Below are positions 25,601-38,772 of a stretch of DNA of 64,000 bases, piece after piece. Made by a program: the position numbers and the translations under genes. The stretch comes from Raillietiella orientalis (lineage: Eukaryota). Numbering within the stretch: the first letter of the stretch is position 1; each line of letters opens with the position of its first letter. The stretch covers positions 3,720,001-3,784,000 of the forward strand of contig JAYWIR010000011.1 of assembly GCA_036172245.1 (NCBI GenBank). Direction: 5' to 3'. Under the pieces are notes generated by a model. It did not search any database, was not told where the DNA came from, and was given only the letters and a program-made list of their open reading frames with translations.

Positions 25601-28554
25601 TTCTCACGGTTGTTTCCGTGCTCGAGCATATGTTAGCGGCCTCTTGCTGTGGCAAAGAGGGGTGTTGCCCGTCCCAAATCCCTGCTGCGCCACGGGCATG
25701 CATAATGAGCAGTGAATCCGATGTTGACACATCAAATTTGACTCCGTCAGAAAACCTGCAGACTTGAAGCCACGGGGTTTTAGCTTAAACCTTTAAAGTC
25801 TGACTAATTTTCGCTGGTTCGCTGTAAGGAGCGTGTTACAGGGAGAGGGACGCATTAATGGTGGCGCGAGGTGCTGGTCGTATATGCGAAAAAAAATAGC
25901 CTTTTTTGCGCTCTCCTCCCTTGACTGGTACTTGATGCCGAGTCAGACCTTGAAAATTTGATTGCAATCATCGGTGGCCCTTGCCATAAGAGCGCAAACA
26001 GCAGGAGGGTCAAAAGTCTCAACACGTGTGTCCCAAACGAACACCTTTTTTTAGCGTTTAAGGAACGCACGAATTCGCAGCGCATTCATCCTCGGAAGCA
26101 CGGCTATTTGCTATGATGGATAAGGCAATCGTTCTTCAAAGATGCTGCATCCGAAATGGCGTCGTTGGACACACGGCGTCTGTGTAGTGAGGGGGATCGA
26201 GAGGCTGGAGCACAACACGATCCCTCGAACACATTTGTTTGTCATTTCGTAGAGGGAAAAATCCTCAACTTTGGGAATTAAACTGTATTTTTTTTTCTTC
26301 TTCTTCTTTTCTCCCAGATCCATCCGTAATTCTTTCCTTGCTTATCGCATGCGTGTTGTTGTTTCGAAGATTTCAATTACAGAGAGAAATGATTTATATG
26401 AAAGGGACAAGTTATTCTTCGTCATCTCCAGAGATTGTAATGGCAGAATAGTTTCGGCTGCTTTTAAAGCCATCATTCCCAGTCATCTTCCAGGAATCGA
26501 AATCCGAAGCATTATTTGAATATCTACAGGAATTTGACATACGACAGATACAGCTATTAATCAAGGGACGTTCTTAGTCAACCTGAAAAGCAGCTGAAGC
26601 GAAAACTCTTCAGGCGGAAACAGCATTCCGTTTTGAAGCACGAAATGTATCATAGCTTTCCACCGGAATGAATTCCACCGAGGAAGTCGTCATTGAAAAA
26701 TATGGGAATCTCAATCTGCAGGTCACAAATATGACGACATGTGAAGATAAGAACCGTCTATTTCGCTAACGCGAATCATCATGGGGATCGAGAGCATAAA
26801 CAGAATCCCCTTAATTAAAGCTCATCCAGACGATTTTCGCTTCCCAGCGTACCTGGGTGCGGAAGATCAGCACGGAGGGAACTGATAATAATGATGTGCC
26901 TGATCGGTGTCTTACTAGTGTTTGCTGTGCTTGCAATCAGAAAACGAAGCCATACCCTCTTCAGAACTTCCTAGGTGATCCCCATCACGCAACTGTGTTT
27001 CTCACCTACTAAAATGTGAAATGGGGAATCTGTATTTCATCACTCTGCGCCTTCGTGCCACGTGTGCGCCAGCTAGCATCGAACCTCAAAATCAGGATCC
27101 GATCCGATGACGCTGCGCCAATGAAGATTCACCCACTGCTCAGCATTTTCTCTTGAAGATTTCAGCTTCTTTCTGGCTTGAGCATCATGCGGCTGGAGTA
27201 TCAGGCAAAGCAACGCGTGCTTTGGCATCGTGAAAAGCCAGCCACCCAGTTCAGTGCAACCTTTACTGCCTTTGAGGCAGCCATTTTCGGAAATCCTTGG
27301 AACGGACAAAGAACTTGCTTCTTCGGAAAAAAAATTAGCAACCCAACAGTACGGGCGTGCAAACAGTTCTTCAGAGCTTCTTGTAGAAAGCATTCCATCA
27401 TAGAGCCTTTCTTGAAAGATCGATGATGTGAAAAGTATCAGGAAAAAAAAAAAAAAAAACTCATCTGATAAGATCTGATGAGCTCTTTGTTAAGAAGAAA
27501 AACAGAGTTTGCAATTATTTATGCTTTTTTTTTTTTTTTTTGTACATTTTTTGTTGACTTGAATGAGCGGTTAAAAATGACTGCAGATGCACGTCTTCCT
27601 TGTTTGGATGCTGCAAATTTTCAAATGCAAGGACTTCATCTGGTGGCGTATTGTGCCTTCTGAGCATGCCACTCAGAAATACGGAGAATTACAGCAGCAG
27701 CGGATCAAACACCCCAGGAAGATTCTATGATGTAACCCGCGCCTAAGCAGGCAACTCCTGGGGGAGCTTGCCAGCACAGCAGAAACATCGAAATCGTTTC
27801 GGTGCTGAAAAGACTTTGGATGAGCAGAGTTCAGGAAAGAATTCACTGAAAGATGCTGTACACCGGACGCAATGGCGTTGGTTCAGTGACGTCCGTTCAA
27901 GGCAAGGATGCAGCGCACATTCGCGGTTGACATCCAAAAAAAAAAATACGGAATGATGGCGACAACATCTGTGATGTCAAGACACCCTTTTTTGCAGGCT
28001 TCGAAAGCTTCGGGAGCTGCTGTAGTTGTAATCAAGGAAAAAATATTCCATGTGGAAATCCCACCAGCCACGCAACCTCTCGCTGGCGGCCGAGTGGCTA
28101 CGCGCGTGCCACCAGTCTTGCAATCTCATGTGCTCAGTTGCATCCAGCAAAACTCTGCTTTGAGGCTCGTGATCCGAGAAGGGCACATCAATCCAGTGAT
28201 CACTCCTCCTGGTTTCCTCACGAAAGCGTTCTCTCCTTCAAAGACCCGAGTTCAGGGCAAGGACTGCGCATCTGCAAGATTTGCACTTGCAGCACGCGTG
28301 AACGTTACTTGCATTCCGTTTGCGGCACCAACTTCTTACAGCTGCACTCGGCAACTCGGTGCTCTCCGAAGCCACCCAACCACCTCGCCTACTTCCCGTG
28401 GATCATGACCTGACGGTGGAAGGAGCACAGTTCACTCGCGCATCACCTGAAAAAAGGAAGACCGGTTGCGGTGCATCCAGTCGGAAAATCGAGTCAGCAA
28501 CTGCAACAGCAGACAGCCAGATCAGCAGACAACCAGGGTGGAGGTGATCTCCAT

Positions 28555-28730
28555 GTCCGGGGATCTCTCCCCAGGCGTGAGAGGAACGGACTCCGAGTCC
28601 TTCCTGGATTCATAGGGCGGACCCCTGCCGGGGTGTCCCCCATCTTGAAGAATCACACCCACCCTCGTGTAGCGTGGAACCGGGTCCAACCAGGAGACAG
28701 AAAAGAAGGATTTCCATCATCCAAAAAAAT
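28555..28730 (+). repeat. 3'-part fragment of the SINE-like family
   Basis: ctctccccaggcgtgagaggaacggactcc..ttcctggattcatagg matches 63068-63128 and the reverse complement of 48760-48810. Confidence 0.6.
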
Positions 28731-30999
28731 CGGGATGACTCTCTCCAGAGGAGGAATCCATTCGATTGAAGTGCTCCTCAGCGGCAATGTACAGAACTGC
28801 AAATTTATGGGCAGCTGGCAAATTTCGTGCTTGCTCACAGCGTTCGGGAACAAATTTTCAGCGTGTCTCCTCCTTTCGCATCGATAGAACTGCACCATTT
28901 CATTTGGAAAATGGTCCTCTGCGGGACGGAAAGCATATTCACAGAGAAATTCTTTCGTCGTTGGGATTCGATGGAATAACAGTTTAGGCTGCTCCAGAAA
29001 CTTGGGCAAACGCCGCAGGAAGACGTTCGCCGTTTCCCACGAAGACTTGCAATGCACCAGTAGCGCTGTTATCTGATTAATCGAAAGCTAATGAACTGCC
29101 GCTCCCCACTGGAGATCATTTGAATGCGGCTACAGAGCACCCCCAAAATTTCATCCCCTCAAAATGCTTTGCAATTCTGCTCTTCTCTTTGCAGGCCCAC
29201 AATGACGATGATCGATCTCGGCTCGCAACTCTTTCCAGATCGAATTCAAATCATGCGCTCTGTGAGCAGTTCTCTCCTTTTCGCGCTGATTGTGACAAAT
29301 GTGTGTTAAATTTGTACCTATGGGGTGAGATGGGGTTTCGACGCAGGGGCGACAAACCCCTAATCACGAATACGTTTGGATTCCGAAGGACCGAAAAGGG
29401 AATGCGTAAAAAAAAGAAAAAAAAAGAACGCCGAAGGGATCGATGCGCACTCCTACCGTTGAAACTTTTCCTCCCTTTTTGTTCTTCTGGAAGTGTTGCT
29501 TGCCTGGATCATATCGAATAGCCTACTGTGGGGTGCTCTGTTCTCTTTTGATCTCGAGCACTAAGCCTCTCTCCTCCATTTTTTTTTTTTTTTTTCTTTC
29601 CTCCCCTTTGTGGATGCCTCCCATCAAACGAGAACTGCTTGCAGCTCACGGCATGTCACTCGTAAAGTTTACTGTCCTTTCCATCTACGCTTCCTGATTA
29701 ACGTTAGATAATTAGAAGGCACTGATCGTACGCATTGCGACAAGAAGGCGTGATGGCGGGAGAAGCAGCGCAACCAACTTGGTCGCATCCTTTCCCCCAA
29801 GAGGATACGCTTCCGCATGGCTCCCATTGCCGCCTGCAGTCGACATGCTCCTCCCGTGCTCCCGGAGAACGGAACAGGAAGGCGTTTGACGTAATTCCCT
29901 TATCGGGAGCCTCTACAAACGCGTGAACTTTCTCAAGGCACACTACCGGAGCAGGACTGATTCGGGGATTACAACAAATCCCCTCGCAGAAATCCAGGAA
30001 GAGAGTACGTCCAAGAGAGAGAGGGCTTCAAGTGAATCCGCGTGTGTTCAGGTAACTCGCTGAAGAGCTTCCTGGCACAGCAGAAACACCCAGAGGGTTT
30101 GGATGCTGGAGGGTTTTTCGGACGATGAGGGTTCTAGGAAAGAATTAGCCGGAAAATCCGATAATGCAGTTGCATTGAGGCTGGGTATCCAGGGTTTCGT
30201 TATCCAGGCTCGTTTACGACGATGGCGGCTGTAGAAACGAGGACATGCTGCTGGAGTTCCCCAACCCATCGCTGCAGAGGAAGAGGTTTCGTGACAACAA
30301 GCGTCAAGATTTTCTTTTCCCTTTTGCTGATGAGCCAAAATTCTATATAGGAGAGCGCCATGCTTAAAGGTGAAAATCCCTGCACTCTTGCAGTGATCTG
30401 AGACCACCAGTCATTGATCATGTAGAGGCGCGAGAGAGAAATTTCTGATAGGTGAACGGAATGATCGCTTAGATTTCCAGCTCGAGAAAAATAGCCTGTA
30501 GGAGCACCGTGAAGGGTGATGTGATTTTCTATTTGGGCTGGATGTTGCAATTGATGCTGGGGACTTTTGGATATCCAGTATCCAGGTTTCCGTTGAATCA
30601 GTCAGTGCTGAGAGGCGAAAATCTCAGATAACAAGTTCTTCATAATGGGTTGTAATGAGCAGAGGTCGACAAGGATGGAAGCATCGAGAAAAAGGAGATG
30701 AAATAAGGATAATAGTGAGGAAAGGAAGACGTAATGGCAGCTGCCGGTTAGCAAGTAACGAAGTGGAACGGCAGACAGGGCGCTCGTTATGGGAAATTCC
30801 ACAGGAGGCCTGCAGAGTGGAAAGGGTCCCGAAATTCACATCCGCGATCCCTACACCAAGAAGAAATTCATGGTCAGTGGAAGCCCAAACCACGAGGATC
30901 ACCCGATAACATTGGGAACTGTTGAACATTATAATGTTGGAGACTAACGTTAGTCTCCCGGAATGCAATCGAGTTTGAAGCTCAGCTCTAGCACTCCAG

Positions 31000-31545
31000 G
31001 GAAAGAGGAGGGATGATGATCACACTGGACTTCACTTGCCCTTATGAGTACTCGCCATTGGTGCTAAAAGAGATGAGGCAGAACACATATCAAGGGTTGG
31101 CGTTGCCTCTAGAGGTGGGCTGAGTGAGGACATTCGTTGTGGGATCTTGGAATTCGGCAAACGGTTTAGAACAAAAGACAGCCGGGGCACATCCAAAGAG
31201 AAGTGGTGCTCTTGAACATCCAGCATCATCAGTACCCATAATGAAGGCATGAAAGGGTCACCATTCGCAACAAGAGAGCCATTCAGAATCGCGGTCTCGT
31301 CATGATGGTGAATCAAGGAGAATATGCATTCTGAGAAAAAGGTGGATACTTCCTTGCTTTCTTTGCTGACCCCTCATTCCCCAGCCCTTGTCTTGACAAG
31401 TGATGGAAAACGCGTCCTCATGCGGCGGGAGGAGGGGGCAAGAGGATGCTTCCTGAAGAAAGCAAGAGTGACTCGGGTTGGCATGAAATGGAGTGCTTCA
31501 TATTTTCTGATGACCTACTGCGTTGGTCCCAGAGGAACTACCAGA
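31000..31545 (-). mobile_element. Decayed LINE AP-endonuclease domain (Jockey/I-like)
   Basis: Ordered motifs CFLQEA..SITCQDKGWG, LVANGDPFMPSLW, VLN, TLDMCSASSLLAP and VQCDHHP correspond to APE LQET..DR..GGG, GDFN..W, LN, LDL..S and SDH.P. Confidence 0.6.
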
Positions 31546-33014
31546 CTCTCTGCACCAGTGGAAGTTGGTTTTTTCAGAGCGTCTACAGAAGTAGTGCTCC
31601 AATTCACTCTGAAGAGAATGTGGAAATGGGTGTACTGAGATGGTGGCTGCTTAGCTTCCACACAGACATGGTCGTCCAACGGGCACTATACGCACATCCA
31701 TAAAAATAACGAAGAATATGGGTGGGTGCCCTTAACCAGCATTTCTGCCTTTACAAAAGGCCACTTGTCCTCACGAGGGCATTTCTACCCATAACCACCA
31801 AGCACGCGGCGGCCTCCCCTTAAATCGTCCGAGTGGAAGGAGCAATCTAAATAGTTTCGCAAGGCCACCGCACGAGAATGCCGAGTCCTGGTGCGTACAG
31901 ACCTTCCTATCATCCTGCTCTTGAGTGGATGCGAGCCACAAGAAGCCTCTGGAGTCTTTGCATGCACTCTATTTCTCCTCTGCCCTCGATCCACTTCGGC
32001 CATCAGGTTGTTGCCCCTTTGCTCTTCTTTTCCCCTCTCCCTCTTCGCCTTAGAGAAGCAGAGCAGGAACTGCTCTCGGGGAGTGTCACGTGTCACGTGG
32101 CGACCTCGCTCAGAATGCTTCATGGCATCCACCACCCTTTGATGAGGTTGCTCGCCTACGGAACACATCTTGGCTGAGAAGGTGCCTGTTGATTCCGCGA
32201 GTCCTGAAAGAAGCACTTGGTTCCTCAGACGGAAACCCAGCAGCAGGAATTTGTCATTCGAATTCATCGGAGGGAAGCAGTTGCAAAGCTTGGTCTACGC
32301 GTGGTCATCATCCCATCTGGACGGGTGCGTCTACTGCTGGCAACAGTTTGAGGGAGAGAAGTTAGGTGCTGCGAGCGAAGCATGGCTTGAGAGCCAAAAG
32401 AAATCAGCGAGACCACCCGAGAATGGCCAATGTGGTGCATGAGCGGGGAAGCAGCGCTTTTTCGACTTGCGCCTCGTAGAAAGCGACGCGGGCAGTTGAC
32501 AGTCATCTGCAAGCTGCAGCCGGTTGAGATTTTCAGCGCCTCAGTTCGCGATGCGATGGTTGATGACCGACTGTAAGTCTGCTGATCTCTACATCAGAGG
32601 GATTTAGAGGCCATGAAGGATGTCTCCAAAATCACTTATCCAGGAGCAGTGTTACTTTCAAGAAAAAAACTGAAAAGGAGCAATCGAGCGCTTGGGAACA
32701 AAAGGCACGATCGAATTCCGTCCACCTCGGACCTGCTTGCATGTGAGGGCGAACCGCTAAGGTTTCAGAGGATCTCTCTACCCGGGAGATGCTCCCAGAA
32801 ACTTCATTCTGATCGATCAATTTTCCGCTTTCGGTCGGAAGTTGGTGGCACTCATACTTGAAACGAAAAACTTTGGAAAACTTGTCTTCTTTGCTTGTAG
32901 TCTGGCCACGAGGGTACTTATTCAAACCTCAGGACTTTGTTTGCAGAGGGTGGCTTTGAATTTGCTGGATGGGAATCCTCTTGAATCTTTCTGTGTTCTC
33001 TACTTTCCTTCCAG

Positions 33015-33610
33015 TCTTCTTTTTTTATATCCTTGATTCTCGAGGAGTACTGAAGAACCATTCGTCTCCTTAGGGGAGCCTTAATGCTCTTTAAAGACTG
33101 TTCATGCCACCCGAGAGTACGTTTAACTTCTCAGATCAGGAGTAACCCCGAAGGGACCACCCTATGAATCAGGAAAGGCTCCCGAAAAAGAACTTTCCTC
33201 TTACGATCAGTAGGGAACCCTAAAGGGAACTCTCGTTTTGGTTGTCTCCAAAAGGAAAATCAAAGAAAACCTTTTCCTTGTCCTATTCGAAGAGAACCCA
33301 CAAAGTAACCGCTCTCCTTGTTATTCCTCTGAGGAGAATCTCGATGGAAGACTCTCAAATTTCGCTGAAAAGTTCTCCTCTTACATTCTGGAGAGGCAAA
33401 CAGAAAAGTGATTCAGTATCAACCAGCTCCATGGCAAGAGATGGGACGTCTTCTCCGGGAAGGTAAATGATTCCATGTTCGCAACTGGAGGGAACCCAGA
33501 AGGAAACCAGCTCCTTGATTCTGGAAAAGACTACGGGAAGGTCAATTCCCAATTCCGGGCAGTCAACGGGGCATTCGATTTCTGGTTTCCACCAGTGCCA
33601 CACCCTGGCA
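33015..33610 (-). repeat. 5'-truncated copy of the SINE-like family
   Basis: Collinear with 48600-49270 (taacccc..ggacca, aatca.gaa.ggctc, gtatca..agctccatgg, ggtcaa.t.ccaattccgg.cagtca); T-rich tail near 33015-33030. Confidence 0.8.
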
Positions 33611-33619
33611 CCATACCCA

Positions 33620-34210
33620 GTGCCACTGGGTAGTCCAGAGGAAGACCTTCAGTGGCATCCAGTGCTCATCAGCACCCGCACCCGCACTGCTGTTGTACTG
33701 GGGTCTCCTGTGCAATGTTCGCCGGAATCATTGGACACGGGGGGGAGGGGTGGACCCAAACTGCGCCAGGTGTGAGAAGCGGAAATTCCTCCCGCACCTC
33801 CTATTGGACTGTGTTGCCTCCCGGACTCTTTGGGGACGCTTTGCTGCGTCCCTGAGGATCCCCGAGTGCAACCCCAGAGATGTTTCGAAGTGCCTCTTCT
33901 TGCGCGACGCCCTCACGCCGGCCGCATCCCCAGCGGCACTTTGCTGCCCACGCGGCGGGACCGTGGCTGCATGGAGCAGAAACACCAGAGGAGGCGATAG
34001 CGACAGGGACGACACCCTCTTTGCTGTCCTCTTCATGAGGATAGAGTCAAGAAGGCCTCATCGGGGAGTTCTGAAAGAGGAACTTGCCGGCATTCTTCTT
34101 ACAAGGATGTAGAGGACGCCCTCCATCACACAGTGGTCCCTTTGCGAGCCATTCCATTCTTTGACTGCATTTTTCGTCTTATTTTTTCCCCTTTTGTTTG
34201 CCTCCCCTCC
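33620..34210 (+). mobile_element. Decayed Tx1/L1-clade LINE 3' fragment (zf-RVT-like region plus T-rich 3' UTR)
   Basis: ORF 33693..34112: YWGLLCNVRRNHWTRGGGVDPNCARCEKRKFLPHLLLDCVASRTLWGRFAASLRIPECNPRDVSKCLFLRDALTP, a CX2C..H..C zinc finger. Confidence 0.82.
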
Positions 34211-34759
34211 TCCTGTGCTGCCAAGACGAAGCCGCTGGCCAGTTCGCGTCAGGTTCCTTCTCGTGGTTATAGGTGGCAGGATCGAACGTTTTGCCACAGA
34301 CATGGATGACCCAGAGAGTCCAGGTGTTAGCCAGTGCCTCACCCGCACCCCCTGGTCCAGCCAGCATCGTGCTACAGGGGCACCCAAAACCCACGACGCA
34401 CTTCGCATTCTCGGCGTCGCATCGATTCTTTCCCAGGAAACGTTCTAACCTTTAACTCTTGGCACCACGCGCGGAGTCTGCAGCCACACGACCGCCAGCA
34501 CAGTCCGTGTGGTTGATGCGAGGCACGCTAATCATCCCAGCTGCAGGTAAAAACCATATGTGTGTACGGAGAGCACGATGTCCACAATCGTTTGGCAGAG
34601 TGGAGGGAACATCCACCTTTCACTGCGAATCCAGGTCTGAAGGAAGGCCCTGCTTGGAAAATGCAATTCCTGCAGGTTTCCAGTTGCACTCAAAGGTGGA
34701 GAAGTGGTTTTGTCATCATGCAAGCTAGAATGTGTGAGCCTTACTGAGTCTCAAACAGA

Positions 34760-35060
34760 CGGGATCTCCATGACTCCATTTGTTTTCCAGGGAATATAGG
34801 AACAAATGAAGAGTGGACTCCTCCTGGAGTCCATCCGGAGAGAATAAAGTTCACTTCGGAAACAGCCAGTGCGAGGGTTCTCTACCTTCCTCCCGAGCCT
34901 TCCTGGCTACATAGGTGGCCCCTCCGTAGTTACTCCCCAACCTGAAGAGTTATACTCGCTTTCGGATGGAGTGCACAGCGTTAAGGAGTTTCGTGAGCCT
35001 CCCTTAAGGAGGTAAACGGTTCTTTACTTGGAGAACCCAAAAAAAACAACTCTGGAAAGA
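34760..35060 (+). repeat. 3' third of the SINE-like family with A-rich tail
   Basis: tccggagagaataaagttcacttcggaaacagccag..gagggttc..ttcctcccgagccttcctg..gaagagtt..acccaaaaaaaa matches the reverse complement of 48600-48930. Confidence 0.8.
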
Positions 35061-36038
35061 AAGCCACGCAAACCGAAGGACCCAGAGGAATTTCATACAC
35101 GGAATGCAGGAAGCTTTTCTAGGCTGGAGAACTTTCCCGTGGTTCCTGAATGTTCAGGTTTGTTAAAATGGCGTAGTAATCACTGATGGCCACCAGGAAT
35201 GTAATTGTGAAAATTAGCCAGTGTTGGATCATTTCACAGATCCCAACCGCGATCACACACGAGCAGCCCTCTGACCACAGAGCAATCGCATTTTCCCTAT
35301 TAGCTCTGAGCATCGTTCACAGGAAAGCACCAGGCTCCTTCTGGACGTTTCCTACGACTTGGAAGCAGCGCTGGGTCATTGGCAATGGTTGATTCCTATT
35401 GTTTTGTGAGTTTCCGGGTTGATGGAACCGACTTTGAGTTCTTCGCAGAGCATTCCCCTCTGTTGGAGCAGGCGGTACATTTTGCGCCACCTCACAAGGC
35501 ATCCTGTGGTGCTCTGCGATTCAGGAAGATCGCGTCGTTTTAAAAACGGGTTCCGGGTTTTCTGGAGTGAATTCTGTCAGCCTGTTTCTCACACGATCTT
35601 GGCCTCTGGGAAGCATCAATCGGAAAAGAGTGATTTGACAAATGCTTTGATCGTGCCAGCTCTCAGAGTGCACGATGAATTGGTCGGGGTGTCGGATGCT
35701 TGTCGATCCGGCGACGAACTCACTCCAACTGGAGAGCCAAACTTTGTCTGACTGTTTGTTGTCTGTGTCAGTCAGGTCCGTGAAGTATCACTTTATCCCA
35801 CCCCCGTGACCGAAATTCCGAGGAAACCATTTTTTCGCAACGGAAATCTCACCTGAATGCATTTATTTCAGCATCTCCACAGCTTCTTCTCTGCGCCTCA
35901 GTGCTTCCGTGAATCCGAACAGTCTGCATTGAGAACTCCTGGATTTCATTGGTGGGAATCCTCTTGAGGAAAGCTGCTCACATGTGGCTTCCTGGAACAA
36001 GATATTTCTGACATTCTCTCAAGGGAAGACTTTTCAAA

Positions 36039-36055
36039 ACACACACACACACACA
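36039..36055. repeat. (AC)n microsatellite, about 8 units
   Basis: acacacacacacacaca seen directly. Confidence 0.9.
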
Positions 36056-36289
36056 TTCGCTGCTTCAAATGCTTTCTTCACACGAACGGTCTCCGGTTCC
36101 TAGTGAAACTGAGAGAAGACAAGAGAAGACAAAAGACGGTTGATTTTTTTCCGGAGATGAAGAATCGGGGACAAGAGTTTCCGTAGGAGGAAAGTGCTTG
36201 ATTGATTGAGTGCGTATTTTATTATCAAAGAGAGAGTGGGAATCGGATGTTTGGAACAACTCGACACGAGCACCAGCGAACCTCTCACT

Positions 36290-36790
36290 GCTCTTGGGAA
36301 GGCATCTGCTAACTGCGATGGCACCTTCGTGACGAACATCGGCGCAAACAGGAAGCCGTGTGGAACTCTCGCCCTCCGAGTCGAGCTAGGCACTGGAAGT
36401 GCAGCCTACCATCTGCCAGCAAGGATCTGCACAGCACGCCAGCCAACGCTTTGGAAGTGGGGAGCGCTGGTAAGAACGGCGGGTGCGCAGAACGCTGTCG
36501 AGAAGGATCGCTCTCTCTTCAAGGGACCCGGAAAATTGCTCCTGCAGTTGGTGGGCTGGAGATGCAGAATGGAAACCTTCGAAACATACCTGATACAGAA
36601 CAGAGCACGCGTGAGGAAACAGGCTCTCGGGCCACCAGTTTGATTGGATGAGGTGATGAGGTCTTGCATGATTCGAGAACAACGGAGGAGCTTTTGTCGG
36701 TTCTCAGAGGATGTTTCAAGGAATGCTTTCCAGAGAAATGAATCCCTTTTTACTGATCTCTCACCTACATACAGTAAATGAATGCTGCAC
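36290..36790 (+). mobile_element. Possible MULE/Mutator transposase relic
   Basis: CDGTFVTN..GTLALRVELGTG, then DVSRNAF and LLISHLHTV resemble the MULE order DGTF/TN..G.P..D..NA..LLC.WHV; weak. Confidence 0.28.
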
Positions 36791-37625
36791 CTTTTCTTTC
36801 TGTCGTCTTCAGGCTTTTAAAATACTGACTACGATGAATGTAGGTCGCACACCTTGTGAACGATTTGTGTTGGAAATGAAGCACCTGATGCGAAGAGCGC
36901 CCATCAATGCCAGAGGTAACTTGACTGAGCACGCGTACACTCACTTATGTAGGTCTGAAATCTTCCCTTTTCTGGAAGATAAGAAATGCCTCAGGCACGA
37001 ATTTGAATGTGAGGCATTACATTTAGGATGCTGATTACGGCAGCGAGAAGTTTACTAGACAAAACTTGGAAAATGGGACAGAAAGAAAGAATGGTCTAGA
37101 AAAAGAAGTGTTGTGGTTAGCAAAATTTTCCAGAGATCAAATTTATGAAAAAAAAACGAAAATGCCATCTGCACTGCTGGAAATATTTCCCTTATGGCAG
37201 CCTCGACAAGAAGGACATTTGAAAGGATAGGGTAGCCTTGGAGAGCCGTAAACAAATGAACAGCAACCAAAAAACAAAAAGACTTCCTTGGCGAAGACGA
37301 AATTCAACAGCAGTGCTTCTGGCAGCACAGATCGTATACAAGAGTAAAGTTTGCTTTGTGAAAACATCTGTTGGGAAATCAGTTCCAATAAGCTTCTCGT
37401 AATTCTTGCCTGCTAGTCAAATAAAATTCAACTGAGCGTGTGGTCGAGGGAGTATTCTTCTACTTAGAAAAGATTCGAAGTTGCTTCCTTAGCGTAGTGA
37501 CCACGAAAGAGGTGGTGTCCATTCATTATTCCAAAACATTTGGAGCTGTTCTTTTGCATAGGTACATGACCGAGGTATTCAACTGCATCTTCACGAGCCT
37601 TGGAAACAAAACGTTGATAATGGTC

Positions 37626-38063
37626 GGATGGAACGGAACCAGCGTGTTTCACTTGCAGCCTGAATGTTGCCAATTAACAAAATAGAGAGCTTCGGTGATT
37701 CGAACAAATCCCTAAATGCCCCATCTTTGGTATTCTTGTCGACGATCATGTTGAAATAGGGGAGCGATGAGCGAATGAAACGAGTTGAGGGTCCGCCACC
37801 TTCGCAGACAGCATCTCCTCGTTCTCTCGATGAAGGCGATGTAGTTGCTCCGCAGGGTGTTTTCAGCATGGATGGTGACCGATCGATGCTTCCCATGCAC
37901 ATCGAGGGAAATCTTCCATCGAGCTAACGAGGAATGCTTAGCCACTCCCGGGGTGGTATTTCTACGAATTTCTGGAGGCAAACTGACGTTGCCGGCCTTT
38001 CATGCTTCTCCGTGCAGCAGATGGCTCGGTGCCACCTCATGGTGTGGCGCCGCTGGAACAGTA
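37626..38063. repeat. Direct repeat copy 1 (438 bp)
   Basis: Matches 40647-41084 at offset 3021; by eye 37677-38001 is identical, with 7 mismatches in the first 51 bp and 3 in the last 62 bp. Confidence 0.97.
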
Positions 38064-38244
38064 CTGACTGTGGCGCAATCACTGACCAGAGCCGGGGCAT
38101 CACTCTGCCCCCTGCCGCTCCTCCACTCCCTTATCTTATCACGATGACGATGATGACTGCGAGCCTCCACTCAAGGCAGCAGCTGACAAAATGCTGCTTT
38201 GCCATCACGAGAGCCTGCGCCGAGACGAGCGTCTTCTTGCGGAA

Positions 38245-38772
38245 GCGAAGTGCATAGCCTGTCCTTTATTCTGGAATCTGCGAAGGAAGCTAGCTGACAC
38301 TCTGAAGGGCAACGGATTGATCGCTGGATCCGGAAGTTTTAGGAACGCTACGAGATCCGAGATCAGGAATTGTCTTCTCCTTCACGAAAACGCGCGCCCA
38401 CACACTGCAGTCCGCACATGCCAGACAATTCGGAAATTCGAATGGGAACCTTTCGATCACTCACCTCTCAGTCCTGACCTCTCGACCAGTGACTACCACG
38501 TCTTCCTGCACCTCCAGAAGCGGCTCAACGATTCGAGGGGAGAAGTGAGGAGTTGACAGCTGCAGTGCTGGATGGACTGGCTGAACTCCCAGGCGACGGA
38601 ATTTCATGCAGAGAGTTTTAAAAAGCTTCTTCCGAGGCATCAAAAGTGTTAGGAAAAGAATGGTGACTACGTGGAAAAATGACATAAGGATGAACCACGA
38701 ATACATTTTTGTTTCTCTTCTTTGTTCTTTCTTTATGTCCGATTCGCCCTTACTTTTGAAATGCGCCTCGTA
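38245..38772 (+). mobile_element. Internally deleted mariner (Tc1/mariner) transposon remnant with right TIR
   Basis: RWIRKF (HTH part) joined directly to LLLHENARPHTAVRT..FEWEPFDHSPLSPDLSTSDYHVFLHLQKRL..WLNSQATEF..KKLLPRHQKC*EKNGDYVEK*; ends ccttacttttgaaatgcgcctcg followed by TA (38771-38772), a mariner-type TIR plus TA target. Confidence 0.92.

Noticed and set aside
37464..37673. VEYLGHV, a Gypsy RT-like motif
   Set aside because: Single short motif with no YxDD or KC.F context upstream.
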